DNA from: an uncultured Desulfobacteraceae bacterium
Lineage (GTDB): Bacteria > Desulfobacterota > DSM-4660 > Desulfatiglandales > B25-G16
Assembly (NCBI GenBank): GCA_964489745.1
Contig: CAZBBQ010000002.1
Span: forward strand, 1 to 30,584
DNA: 30,584 nucleotides
Reading direction: 5' to 3'
How positions within the stretch are numbered: the stretch's first letter is position 1; each line of letters begins with the position of its first letter. The notes under the pieces are model-generated. The model searched no databases and had not been told where the DNA came from. It saw nothing but the letters and a program-made list of their open reading frames with translations. Of this stretch, positions 17,126-25,878 are shown one piece after another. Both the position numbers and the translations under genes were made by a program.

Positions 17126-17996
17126 TGTAAGATGATTCGCCCCATTTCAGTTTTGTTCTTAAAATATCAAAATAGTCCTGACCAGGCGATTTAATGAGTT
17201 TAAGTTTATTTTTTGATTGAGAGACAACAACCCTGTCATTATTTATAAGATCGAAGCCGACCTGGCCATCAAATGTGAGTGTGACTTGCTCGCTGTTTTC
17301 TCCCATTTCTATCTCTATCACTGATTTATCGGGCAGTATAATAGGCCTATGTGTCAATGTAAATGGGCATATTGGAGTCAATATCAATGCATCTAAATCC
17401 GGGTAGATTATCGGGCCTCCAGCGGAAAGATTATAACCTGTTGAGCCCGTAGGAGTAGATATTATCAACCCATCTGCTCGAAAGGTTGTTAAAAAACGAT
17501 CATCAATAGATACCCTAAGATCAATAATTCTGGCTAATGCGCCTTTATTAATAACCACGTCATTTAAGACCGAAAAACGACATTTTTCTTCGTTATTTCT
17601 TAAAATGCTAGCCTGCAACATGAGTCTTGTTTCAACAGCTATCTCTCCAGTTATAAGTTTTTCTATATCCTCATAAAGCCTTTTTAACGGAATCTCTGTT
17701 AAAAAACCTAATCCCCCAAGATTGATACCCAAAATAGGCAGACCATATCGTCCAATCTTTCTGGCAGCCCCCAGTAATGTTCCATCTCCACCCAATACAA
17801 TAACCCAGTCGGCTGTATCTGGTATAATTGTTTCTTCCTCAAGATATCGATTTAAGGCTGGGCTCGATGTCATTTCTTCTGTGTATACCTTTATTCCCTT
17901 TTCTTTAAACCAATGCGTTAAGCGTTGACACTCTCTTTTTGCAGGCTCAAAATCGTGCTTAAAGATTATCCCGACTGATTTAGGTTTTTTTTCCAT
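17109..17996 (-). CDS. nadK: NAD(+) kinase
   Basis: GGDGTLL, GINLGGLGFL, NDVVI, DGLIISTPTGSTGYNLSAGGP, DGQ; ATG 17996 overlaps the upstream TAA (TAATG). Confidence 0.96.
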   Translation of the reverse strand: MEKKPKSVGIIFKHDFEPAKRECQRLTHWFKEKGIKVYTEEMTSSPALNRYLEEETIIPDTADWVIVLGGDGTLLGAARKIGRYGLPILGINLGGLGFLTEIPLKRLYEDIEKLITGEIAVETRLMLQASILRNNEEKCRFSVLNDVVINKGALARIIDLRVSIDDRFLTTFRADGLIISTPTGSTGYNLSAGGPIIYPDLDALILTPICPFTLTHRPIILPDKSVIEIEMGENSEQVTLTFDGQVGFDLINNDRVVVSQSKNKLKLIKSPGQDYFDILRTKLKWGESSYNETNR

Positions 17997-18598
17997 TAGC
18001 AAATTACCTTACCAATTACTCTCCAATCATCAATCAAATCCGATGTCGTATCAACTAGAAGATGTAAAATATGTAGAGAAGGATATAGCCTTTTCAGATC
18101 CTCCAAGTCAACTGGCTGGAACTTTTTTTTATTATTTATATAGGCCTGAATAGTTAAGGCATTTGACTCATAATTTTCCTTTGTTCTCTTCGATATCCTT
18201 TTAAAGGAAATTTCCTGGGGGCATTGTGTCTGCTGAATAACAAAAAGTTTATTGTGTCTTGCGGCAACTTCGGCGGCCCTCCTTCTTAACTCTTGGGTAA
18301 TAAAGGTTGCATCCAGAATGATTCCTTTACCCTTAGCCACAAGCTCATCTGCAAGAGAAAATATTTCATTGTAGACAAGCTCCCTTTTTTTCATATCGGA
18401 TGCAATCTTCTCGTCAAATATGTCTTCATTTTTCAGCACTTCAAGTCTTATCAGATCCGTCCTTAGTATCGTATAACCTTTAATTTTGGCTATAACTTCT
18501 GTGGTTTCCGTTTTGTAGGAGGCAGGAAGTCCACATGCAATCACCACTGCTTCAGGTTGCAATCCCTTTTTTATGAAATCTACAAAATGTTCCTTCAT
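17996..18598 (-). CDS. AAA_33/COG0645-like P-loop kinase-fold protein with a deviant Walker A
   Basis: CGLPASYKT, LRTDLIR, YNEIF, GIILDATF, RISKR; own AAGGGA RBS. Confidence 0.8.
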   Translation of the reverse strand: MKEHFVDFIKKGLQPEAVVIACGLPASYKTETTEVIAKIKGYTILRTDLIRLEVLKNEDIFDEKIASDMKKRELVYNEIFSLADELVAKGKGIILDATFITQELRRRAAEVAARHNKLFVIQQTQCPQEISFKRISKRTKENYESNALTIQAYINNKKKFQPVDLEDLKRLYPSLHILHLLVDTTSDLIDDWRVIGKVIC

Positions 18599-18605
18599 GA
18601 TTCCC

Positions 18606-19604
18606 TTACTTTATATAGGTCATGGCAAGTTTAAAATACTTATTTGATGTTTCCTGAGCTTCTTCTTTTTTCCTCCTCGCTATATTTGCATCATCGAGCT
18701 GGAAACTGTTTACCTTCCCCCGTACAATTGCCCGATAGATCTTATAAAATGTAAGCAAGGAATTCACATCGTGCTCATTTGCTATTTCCTTGTATAAATC
18801 CCAAAGTTTTTCAGAAAGCCTGTTTCCTCCATAATATTCCAAATCCATAAGCAGGAAAGCAATGTCAGCTATGGTATCAGTATATCTAAATCTGCTGTTA
18901 AATTCAATGCAATCAAATATTGGAAGATTTTCTGTAAGGCAAATATGCTCCATATGGAGATCTCCATGACAATCTCTTATCTTTTTACTATTTATTCGGC
19001 TGATGAAAAGGGGCCTGTTCGAGCTATAAAAATTTTCTGTCCATTGTTTGAGGGTGTCAAAATCCCTTTTTTGAATTGTCATTCCAATATATTTCTGGAT
19101 CTGTTCAAAATTTTCATCGGTATTAATTTTGAATTTTTCTGGCTCACCAAATTTATCAATATTCAAGGAATTACGAGCAGTTCGATGAAATCCTGCAAGA
19201 ACTTTGGCAATTTTTGTTAAATGCTCGCTCGTTAATTCACCTCGAAAAAACATTGATTTCATGAGCATTTCATCGGGAAGCCTTTTCATTCTAACTGCAT
19301 ATTCAACAATCCTTCCCTGCTCTCCCCCCATTCTGTAATTTTTACCGTCATAGCGTACTGGTAATACATCTATATATATGTCCTTTGATAATCTTCGGTT
19401 AAGCATAATCTCTTGATGACAGTAGTAGTGCCGTTTTTTTAGTGTTGAAAAATCCAAGAATCCAAAATTGACAGGTTTTTTTATCTTATATACAGACTCA
19501 TCTGTAAGAAAAACAAGTGAGATGTGAGTCTGAATTAATAAGACCTCTTTTGCTTTATCTGAAAGAAATTCTGGGTTCAAAAGATCATCAATCATAGAAG
19601 ACAT
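18606..19604 (-). CDS. Aminoglycoside-phosphotransferase-like kinase-fold protein (COG2187-like)
   Basis: IQTHISLVFL, YKIKKPVNFGFLDFSTL, EIMLNRRL, EYAVRMKRL, DCHGDLH, FDCIEFN, YKIYRA.VRGKV; GAGGA RBS before ATG 19604. Confidence 0.88.
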   Translation of the reverse strand: MSSMIDDLLNPEFLSDKAKEVLLIQTHISLVFLTDESVYKIKKPVNFGFLDFSTLKKRHYYCHQEIMLNRRLSKDIYIDVLPVRYDGKNYRMGGEQGRIVEYAVRMKRLPDEMLMKSMFFRGELTSEHLTKIAKVLAGFHRTARNSLNIDKFGEPEKFKINTDENFEQIQKYIGMTIQKRDFDTLKQWTENFYSSNRPLFISRINSKKIRDCHGDLHMEHICLTENLPIFDCIEFNSRFRYTDTIADIAFLLMDLEYYGGNRLSEKLWDLYKEIANEHDVNSLLTFYKIYRAIVRGKVNSFQLDDANIARRKKEEAQETSNKYFKLAMTYIK

Positions 19605-19684
19605 GAGCAATCCTCACTAAAAAGGGAATTTATGGATTAAGGGATTAAGGCACTTCTTTTCATTCGATCACTAATTATGCACGC

Positions 19685-19713
19685 ATATTAAAAACCTAAT
19701 ACACACCAGTCAA
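19685..19713 (-). promoter_or_regulatory. Sigma70-type promoter for the APH-like to miaB run
   Basis: TTGACT-17 nt-TAATAT on the minus strand. Confidence 0.6.
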
Positions 19714-19734
19714 GGATAAAATTGGTAAACTGTG

Positions 19735-19763
19735 TTGACTTTATGATTAATCTAATCTAATTT
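19735..19763 (+). promoter_or_regulatory. Sigma70-type promoter for the PNP-deaminase operon
   Basis: TTGACT-17 nt-TAATTT, 27 nt upstream of ATG 19790. Confidence 0.5.
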
Positions 19764-19789
19764 TTTAAGGAATTATGGGAGGCATTGAT

Positions 19790-20608
19790 ATGGTTGAAAA
19801 GGTAGCTGAAGCAGCCAGTTTTTTACGCGAGAGGATAATAGGCCACCCTCTCATAGGGATTATTACAGGCACTGGTCTTGGAAACCTAACTGATGTAATG
19901 GAAATTAATAAAAAATTTCCCTATGAGCAGATTCCTCATTTTCCAAAATCAACTGTTGAAAGCCATGCAGGCATCCTTGTCTCTGGCACTATAGCAGAGA
20001 AGTCTATTCTTGCCATGCAGGGAAGATTTCATATCTACGAGGGATATACCGCTAACGAGATTACATTTCCGATCAGAGTTATGGCACACTTAGGAGTGAA
20101 ATACCTTTTTGTGGTAAGCGCAGCAGGAGGATTAAATCCTCTTTTCAAACCAGGAGAGGTAATGCTCGTTACAGATCATATAAACCTCACCGGAGATAAT
20201 CCCCTTATCGGAAAAAATATTGATGAATTAGGGCCAAGGTTTCCTGATATGACCTCTGCCTATGATAAAGATCTTATAGGTTTATCTAAAGAAAAGGCAA
20301 GAGAAGAAAAGATTATTTTAAATCAAGGCATCTATGTGGGCATAACTGGACCAAGCCTTGAAACACCTGCTGAGACGAGATTTTTAAGATTAATAGGTGG
20401 TGATGCAGTAGGAATGTCAACTGTTAATGAGGTTATAACTGCTGTTCATTGTGGATTAAAGGTATTGGTAATTGTAGCTATCACCAATAGTAACCTTCCT
20501 GATTGCATGAAAGCTATATCAATGGAAGAGGTGTTTTTTAATGCCAAAAAGGCATCTTCCTCTTTAACCAAATTGCTGAAAGCAATTATCAAGGATTTAG
20601 AAAAATGA
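19790..20608 (+). CDS. punA: Purine nucleoside phosphorylase, trimeric PNP-I type
   Basis: GTGLG, STVESHAG, QGRFHIYEG, DHINLTG, GPRFPDM, GPSLETPAE, GMST, AITN; GGAGG RBS 7 nt before ATG 19790. Confidence 0.93.
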   Translation: MVEKVAEAASFLRERIIGHPLIGIITGTGLGNLTDVMEINKKFPYEQIPHFPKSTVESHAGILVSGTIAEKSILAMQGRFHIYEGYTANEITFPIRVMAHLGVKYLFVVSAAGGLNPLFKPGEVMLVTDHINLTGDNPLIGKNIDELGPRFPDMTSAYDKDLIGLSKEKAREEKIILNQGIYVGITGPSLETPAETRFLRLIGGDAVGMSTVNEVITAVHCGLKVLVIVAITNSNLPDCMKAISMEEVFFNAKKASSSLTKLLKAIIKDLEK

Positions 20609-21930
20609 ATAAGGCAGATATCCTGGTCCATAATGGCACTATTCTCACTATGGATAGTCAAAATAGCATTATTCATAATGGTATGGTAGCCATATCAGGG
20701 AACACAATATCTTATATAGGAAAAGGCAAAAAAGAATCAATAGAGGCAAAAAAGAATCTTGATACCCACGGAGGCCTAATACTTCCTGGTCTTATCAATG
20801 GTCATACCCATGCAGCCATGTCCCTTTTCAGGGGCTTAGCAGACGATCTTCCTCTTATGGAATGGTTACATAACTATATTTTCCCTGTGGAAGGGAAGAT
20901 GGATGCTGATTTTGTGAGGGTCGGAACCCTTTTGGCATGTGCAGAGATGATACTCTCTGGAACTACAACATTTTGCGATATGTACCTCTTTGAGGAGGAG
21001 GTAGCAAGGGCTGCAAAAGAAGCTGGGATGAGAAGTGTTGTTGGAGAAGTCATCTATGATTTTCCCTCACCAAATTACGGAACATTAGAAAAGGGATTTA
21101 TTTATACAGAGGCATTGATTGAAAGATGGAAACAAGATCCTCTTATAAATATAGCAGTTGAACCACATTCTTTGTTCACCTGCGGGGAGGAGCTTTTGCG
21201 TAAAGCAAATGATCTGGCCCTTACAAAAGGTGTTCCTCTGATTCTTCACCTGGCAGAAACAAAAGAAGAAGTAAATGAGATAGAAAAAAGGTTTAGAAAA
21301 AGACCTGTTCAACACTTAAAAGATCTTGGTCTTTTAGGTTCTCACCTCATTCTAGATCACTGTGTCCACATCAACAAATCTGAAATAGAATTACTTGCAG
21401 AAAATAGTGTGCGCATAGTTCATAATCCGGAAAGCAACATGAAACTTGCATCGGGCGTAGCACCTGTTCCCGATATGATAGAAAAAGGCATAACAGTGGG
21501 TCTGGGCACTGATGGATGTGCCTCAAATAATAACCTTGATCTTTTTGGCGAGATGGATATGGCTGCAAAACTGCATAAGGTGAATAATCTTGATCCCACT
21601 GTAATGAATGCCCAAACTCTTGTGAAGATGGCAACCATAGATGGCGCAAAGGTGCTTGGGCTTGAGAAAATTACAGGATCATTAGAAGTGGGAAAGAGGG
21701 CTGATCTGATAGTAATTGACACAAATAAGCCCCATCTCGTTCCAATGTATAATCCTTATTCGCATCTTGTCTATGCGGCTAGTGGCCACGATGTAACACA
21801 TTCGATTATAGACGGAAATATCGTTATGGAGGATAGAAGGCTCCTTACGTTAGATGTTGAAGATATTATAGAACGATCAAAAGAAAAATCTTGCAAGGTA
21901 AAAGAATGGGTGAAAATGGTTAGGGATTGA
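20605..21930 (+). CDS. mtaD: 5-methylthioadenosine/S-adenosylhomocysteine (5'-deoxyadenosine) deaminase
   Basis: PGLINGHTHAAM, DDLPLMEWL, GTTTFCDMY, PHS, HLAET, HNPESNMKLASG, LGTDG, MATIDGA; ATGA overlap with the PNP gene. Confidence 0.88.
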   Translation: MNKADILVHNGTILTMDSQNSIIHNGMVAISGNTISYIGKGKKESIEAKKNLDTHGGLILPGLINGHTHAAMSLFRGLADDLPLMEWLHNYIFPVEGKMDADFVRVGTLLACAEMILSGTTTFCDMYLFEEEVARAAKEAGMRSVVGEVIYDFPSPNYGTLEKGFIYTEALIERWKQDPLINIAVEPHSLFTCGEELLRKANDLALTKGVPLILHLAETKEEVNEIEKRFRKRPVQHLKDLGLLGSHLILDHCVHINKSEIELLAENSVRIVHNPESNMKLASGVAPVPDMIEKGITVGLGTDGCASNNNLDLFGEMDMAAKLHKVNNLDPTVMNAQTLVKMATIDGAKVLGLEKITGSLEVGKRADLIVIDTNKPHLVPMYNPYSHLVYAASGHDVTHSIIDGNIVMEDRRLLTLDVEDIIERSKEKSCKVKEWVKMVRD

Positions 21931-22000
21931 GGAATTTAGGAATTGTGAATTTAGCAACGATAACTTTAGGCACTATAGCTCACTTTAGGCACTTTAGTCG
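21923..22000 (+). repeat. Degenerate 8-10 bp tandem repeats (GGAATTTA-like, then ACTTTAGGC-like)
   Basis: gggattga ggaattta ggaattgt gaattta; then actttaggc (21963), actatagctc, actttaggc (21982), actttagtc (21991). Confidence 0.6.
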
Positions 22001-23696
22001 CTATAAATATCTTATAACTATAGGGTTTACAGTATACATGTTGCTTATTGCTCCTCAGTTATGGGCAAAGACATATATCATTGCTGAGAATATGTCATCA
22101 TCTCTTAATGTTACGGTAGCTTATAAGATCAGTATACCTTCTGGAATTATTAAGCTCAGTATAAAAAATGTTCGATTCCCTCATAAAAGCAATCCGGCCT
22201 CAATGCAAAAAATTATCCATTCTCAGTTCATTCCATCTGTACGACCAACAAATACGCAGGAATTAACCGATCAATGGGGAAATGATATTACAATTATGTC
22301 TTGGTCTCAACCCCCCTCTTATCTGTCGGCCATTTCTAAACACAGGATCACACTTGATAGATACCTTAAAAAATTTCAAGGTGAGTTCCCCTACCCTATT
22401 AAATCACTCCCCGGAAAAACCAAAATGTACCTGCAACCAAGCGATTTAATTCAGTCAAATAGTAAAAAAATCCAATTATTAGCTGAAAAATTACTCAAAG
22501 AAGTAAAAAGTCAGGTTCAGGCTGTGAGCCTGGTGCTTAATTTTGTGGTAGACCATGTGAGTTACAGGGTAAATCCTTCCAAACATGATGCCCTGTATAC
22601 ACTTAAAAGTGGAATAGGAAATTGTCAGAATTATGCTCATCTTTCAGCTGCTATACTGAGAAGCGGTGGAATTCCTGTCAGAATAGTGACAGGAATAACA
22701 GCCAAAAAGGGATGGGAGGCAAAAACAAGCACTTCCTCTTGGAATATTAAGCTTGGTCAGGGCAGGCATGCATGGCTTGAGGTGTACTATCCAAATTTTG
22801 GATGGGTTGGGTATGATCCCCAGCAAACGCTTAATTTTGTTTCCACACGACATATTGCGATCGAGGTAGGCCCTGATGCCTATGATGCTTCAACAGATGG
22901 GGCTATTGTATGGACTTCAATTGGAAACATTCGACCATCTGTTGAAGAAAATATTGCCATTGAATTCGAAAGAGATAGAGAAACATTCTCCACAATTGGA
23001 GAACGACCTTCTCCTCGAAATAACTTATTTTCTTCGGCCTTTAGGACAGCTACGTTAAAACAAACTTCTCCGCGTGAAAGACCTGAAAAAGCAACAATGC
23101 CGCATTATACATTAGAAGAAATAAAACAATTTTCTGTATATTCAAAAAGGGTCTTTGGTAACCTTAATTTTCCACGCCTTATCGATATCTTTTCCAAAGG
23201 GTATCATAATGAAAAGGGTACAAAGACTTTACGCAGGAGTTTTGTCTCAGAAACCGCTGAATATGTTACATCTCATCGCAAATATAGCCAAAAAATAGAA
23301 ATCCCTTACCCATTACAACTCAATGATATAAGCCTCGCCTTACATAAATTTGGTGGGCAAAAGGGTTTTTTATGGCTGACAGTAATGAAAGATGAGCGCA
23401 ACACGCCAGTTAAACGAATAGCCAAAAGCAATACGATTCACATTTCAAAAATCGGTTTTTTTAATGGGTATCAATGGATACCATTCTCGTTTACTAATGA
23501 CATTTTGCTTCCGGGAAGCTACTGGATTAGTTTAGAATGCTCTGGTGATGCTATCTTCAATTGGTTTTATCTTTTAGGTAATCCCTATAAAGGGCCTGAT
23601 GATACAAGATCATGTCCAAGAGAAAAAAATACGTGGGATACACTGCAAAATTATGACTTTAATTTTAGGGTGAGGGGTTATGAATTGCGAAGGTAA
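21927..23696 (+). CDS. Transglutaminase-like (cysteine protease fold) protein, probably exported; start uncertain
   Basis: GNCQNYAHL, HAWLEVY and YDP give a Cys-His-Asp triad; signal-like segment RYKYLITIGFTVYMLLIAPQLWA; possible starts TTG 21927, GTG 21945, ATG 22038. Confidence 0.85.
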   Translation: MRNLGIVNLATITLGTIAHFRHFSRYKYLITIGFTVYMLLIAPQLWAKTYIIAENMSSSLNVTVAYKISIPSGIIKLSIKNVRFPHKSNPASMQKIIHSQFIPSVRPTNTQELTDQWGNDITIMSWSQPPSYLSAISKHRITLDRYLKKFQGEFPYPIKSLPGKTKMYLQPSDLIQSNSKKIQLLAEKLLKEVKSQVQAVSLVLNFVVDHVSYRVNPSKHDALYTLKSGIGNCQNYAHLSAAILRSGGIPVRIVTGITAKKGWEAKTSTSSWNIKLGQGRHAWLEVYYPNFGWVGYDPQQTLNFVSTRHIAIEVGPDAYDASTDGAIVWTSIGNIRPSVEENIAIEFERDRETFSTIGERPSPRNNLFSSAFRTATLKQTSPRERPEKATMPHYTLEEIKQFSVYSKRVFGNLNFPRLIDIFSKGYHNEKGTKTLRRSFVSETAEYVTSHRKYSQKIEIPYPLQLNDISLALHKFGGQKGFLWLTVMKDERNTPVKRIAKSNTIHISKIGFFNGYQWIPFSFTNDILLPGSYWISLECSGDAIFNWFYLLGNPYKGPDDTRSCPREKNTWDTLQNYDFNFRVRGYELRR

Positions 23697-23702
23697 ATTA
23701 CC

Positions 23703-23849
23703 CTAATTCATGTCCATCTTCTTTTCCAACTCCTTGATCTCCTGAACTATCCGAACCCTCTCCTCTTCACTCAGATTTTCTTCTTCTAACCTCCTTTTTA
23801 GGCCCAGTAGTTTCATCTCGGACCGATAATCTACACATGTATATTTCAT
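23703..23849 (-). CDS. Unannotated 48-aa small protein (charged helical hairpin)
   Basis: Hand translation MKYTCVDYRSEMKLLGLKRRLEEENLSEEERVRIVQEIKELEKKMDMN*; purine-rich coding-like composition; GGGAG just upstream; stop 6 nt from the converging gene. Below the track's length cutoff. Confidence 0.7.
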   Translation of the reverse strand: MKYTCVDYRSEMKLLGLKRRLEEENLSEEERVRIVQEIKELEKKMDMN

Positions 23850-23964
23850 AGCTCCCAGTTCATTTATTAAGATTTTTTTCGTATAGCTGGCCTAAAAAAT
23901 GGATTTCTTTTGCGCAACGATGATATTCTCTGCTCGGCCTCATGTATTTCTTCGGTGGCTTTTC

Positions 23965-24948
23965 TTACGAGGATAGTAGTGAGCTCTCCTTTAGGCTAAG
24001 AAATGATGGTATTCCTTTTGTCTCTTTTGCAGTGGTAATTCCCCTAATTATTGCATTTATAAGCGCCTCTTCAGCCATAAGCCCTACTGTATAGTAATCA
24101 ACTTCGATTTCGCCAGATGCAAGTGAAAAAATAATATCACCATCATATAGAGTGTTCCCAGGACTGATAGCCTTTGTCAGGCCGTTGCTGGCTATCTTCG
24201 CTACAGCTGAAGCATTCTGCTTCGTTAGTTTTGCATTAGTGACAATCACTCCAATTGTTGTATTCTGAAACGCCGAAATAGGCCGTTGAACTCCTTTCCT
24301 CATAAGCCCTGATGTATCGGCAAATTCCGTGCTTTTTTTTGCCTTCCTTGCTCCAGCCAAAATTTTTCCACTTATTGGATCTTTTATGTCACCAAAAGCA
24401 TTTACTACTACCAAAGCTCCAACGATTAAACCATTATTAAGTGCATTCGCTGCAATACCTACCCCACCCTTCATTGCCTGCTCGGTTCCATAAAACTTGC
24501 CGACTGTTGCCCCAGCGCCTGCACCAATAGAACCTTCAGCAATCTTTCCATCAGTTGCCTGCTGACATGCACGATAGCCCATATTTTTGTCCGGTCTCCT
24601 TTTTGCTGAACCTACCTTTAGATCAAAAATTGCAGCAGTTGGTACAATAGGGATTCGGGCTACTCCTACATCAAATCCACTGTTCCTCTCTTCAAGGTAA
24701 TCCATGACACCAGAAGCAGCATCGAGCCCGTATGCGCTCCCCCCGGTAATACAGATCGCATGAACTTTTGGTACGATATGAGATGCGCTTAGCGCATCAG
24801 TCTGTCTTGTGCTTGTGGCAAATCCGCTAATATCAATTCCACCAATCATACCAGATGGAGTAAGTATAACTGTAACACCTGTTAATCCCTCAAAATCTGA
24901 TGCATGGCCAACAGAGACTCCTTTAATATCTGTGATACTTACTGACAT
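23965..24948 (-). CDS. P1/S58 family (DmpA-like) aminopeptidase/amidohydrolase
   Basis: ITDIKGVSVGH, TGVTV, GGSAYGLDAASGV, GAGAGAT, VNAFGD, NTTIGVIVTNA, DGD. Confidence 0.9.
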   Translation of the reverse strand: MSVSITDIKGVSVGHASDFEGLTGVTVILTPSGMIGGIDISGFATSTRQTDALSASHIVPKVHAICITGGSAYGLDAASGVMDYLEERNSGFDVGVARIPIVPTAAIFDLKVGSAKRRPDKNMGYRACQQATDGKIAEGSIGAGAGATVGKFYGTEQAMKGGVGIAANALNNGLIVGALVVVNAFGDIKDPISGKILAGARKAKKSTEFADTSGLMRKGVQRPISAFQNTTIGVIVTNAKLTKQNASAVAKIASNGLTKAISPGNTLYDGDIIFSLASGEIEVDYYTVGLMAEEALINAIIRGITTAKETKGIPSFLSLKESSLLSS

Positions 24949-24950
24949 GA

Positions 24951-25730
24951 TTATTTCGATTTTTTCTTTGATTGTGTTGCTAAGAGATTTCTTTCACTCG
25001 TATCTCTTTGTCTTACTATTTCAGAAAGTATAATTCCTGTAGCAACAGATACATTAAGAGAAGCGAGCTTGCCTGATTGTGGTATGCTCACCAAATGATG
25101 GCATTGATCTTTGACAACCCTGCTTAATCCTTTCCTCTCGTTTCCCATTACTAAAACAAGATCCCTATTCCAGTCAAATTCATAGATATTTGTGCCGCTT
25201 TCTCCTGCAGCCCCGATTACCCAAAATTTTTCATTTGCTACCTGTTTGAGAGCCCTTGCTAAATTAACTACTTTCGTTACAGGTAGATACGCTGATCCAC
25301 CGGCTGATCTTTTATGTACAGCATCCGTGATAGAAGCAGATCGATCCTTTGGCAAAATAAGGCCTTGAACCCCAAAAAATTCAGCAGTTCGTATAAGAGA
25401 CCCAAGATTTCCTGTATCAGTAATGTGATCAGCTGCAATGAGAAGCCCTTTATTTTTATCAGAAACAGCGCGTTCTATCAAATCATTAAAATAAAGGTAC
25501 TTATATGTGTTTGAAATTGCTATTACGCCCTGATGGGAGGAGATAGAGGATATTTTATCTAAATAAAGCCTATCTTTAAATCTGATCGGTATTTTTTTCT
25601 GAGTTGCGATATCAAGGATTTCTTGCAGCCTTTCAATTTTTTTACCCCTGGCAATGAAAAGCTCAACTATCCCTTCACTATTCCTAAGGTTTTCCTTAAC
25701 TGCATTTATACCGGATATAAACTGGGGCAA
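24951..25730 (-). CDS. rlmB: 23S rRNA (Gm2251) 2'-O-methyltransferase, SpoU/TrmH family
   Basis: GINAVKE, HQGV, DHITDTGNLGSLIRTA, SAGG, VMGNERKGLS, SLNVSVATGI; TTG start. Confidence 0.9.
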   Translation of the reverse strand: MPQFISGINAVKENLRNSEGIVELFIARGKKIERLQEILDIATQKKIPIRFKDRLYLDKISSISSHQGVIAISNTYKYLYFNDLIERAVSDKNKGLLIAADHITDTGNLGSLIRTAEFFGVQGLILPKDRSASITDAVHKRSAGGSAYLPVTKVVNLARALKQVANEKFWVIGAAGESGTNIYEFDWNRDLVLVMGNERKGLSRVVKDQCHHLVSIPQSGKLASLNVSVATGIILSEIVRQRDTSERNLLATQSKKKSK

Positions 25731-25878
25731 ATTTCTAACCTTAGTAATTACATGCTTTATTCTACATTTAGCTTTTAAAGTTCACGACTGCCCGTCCCTA
25801 TCATGTCGGAACAGGTGTATATCAATAGCACAAAGAGGGTAGCCTTGGCGCACCATATAACCTTAATAGTTACATTTT

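Noticed and set aside
23856-23943. 27-codon minus-strand ORF (MRPSREYHRC..) between the P1 peptidase and the 48-aa ORF
   Set aside because: No clear RBS or protein-like pattern; more likely promoter or UTR sequence.
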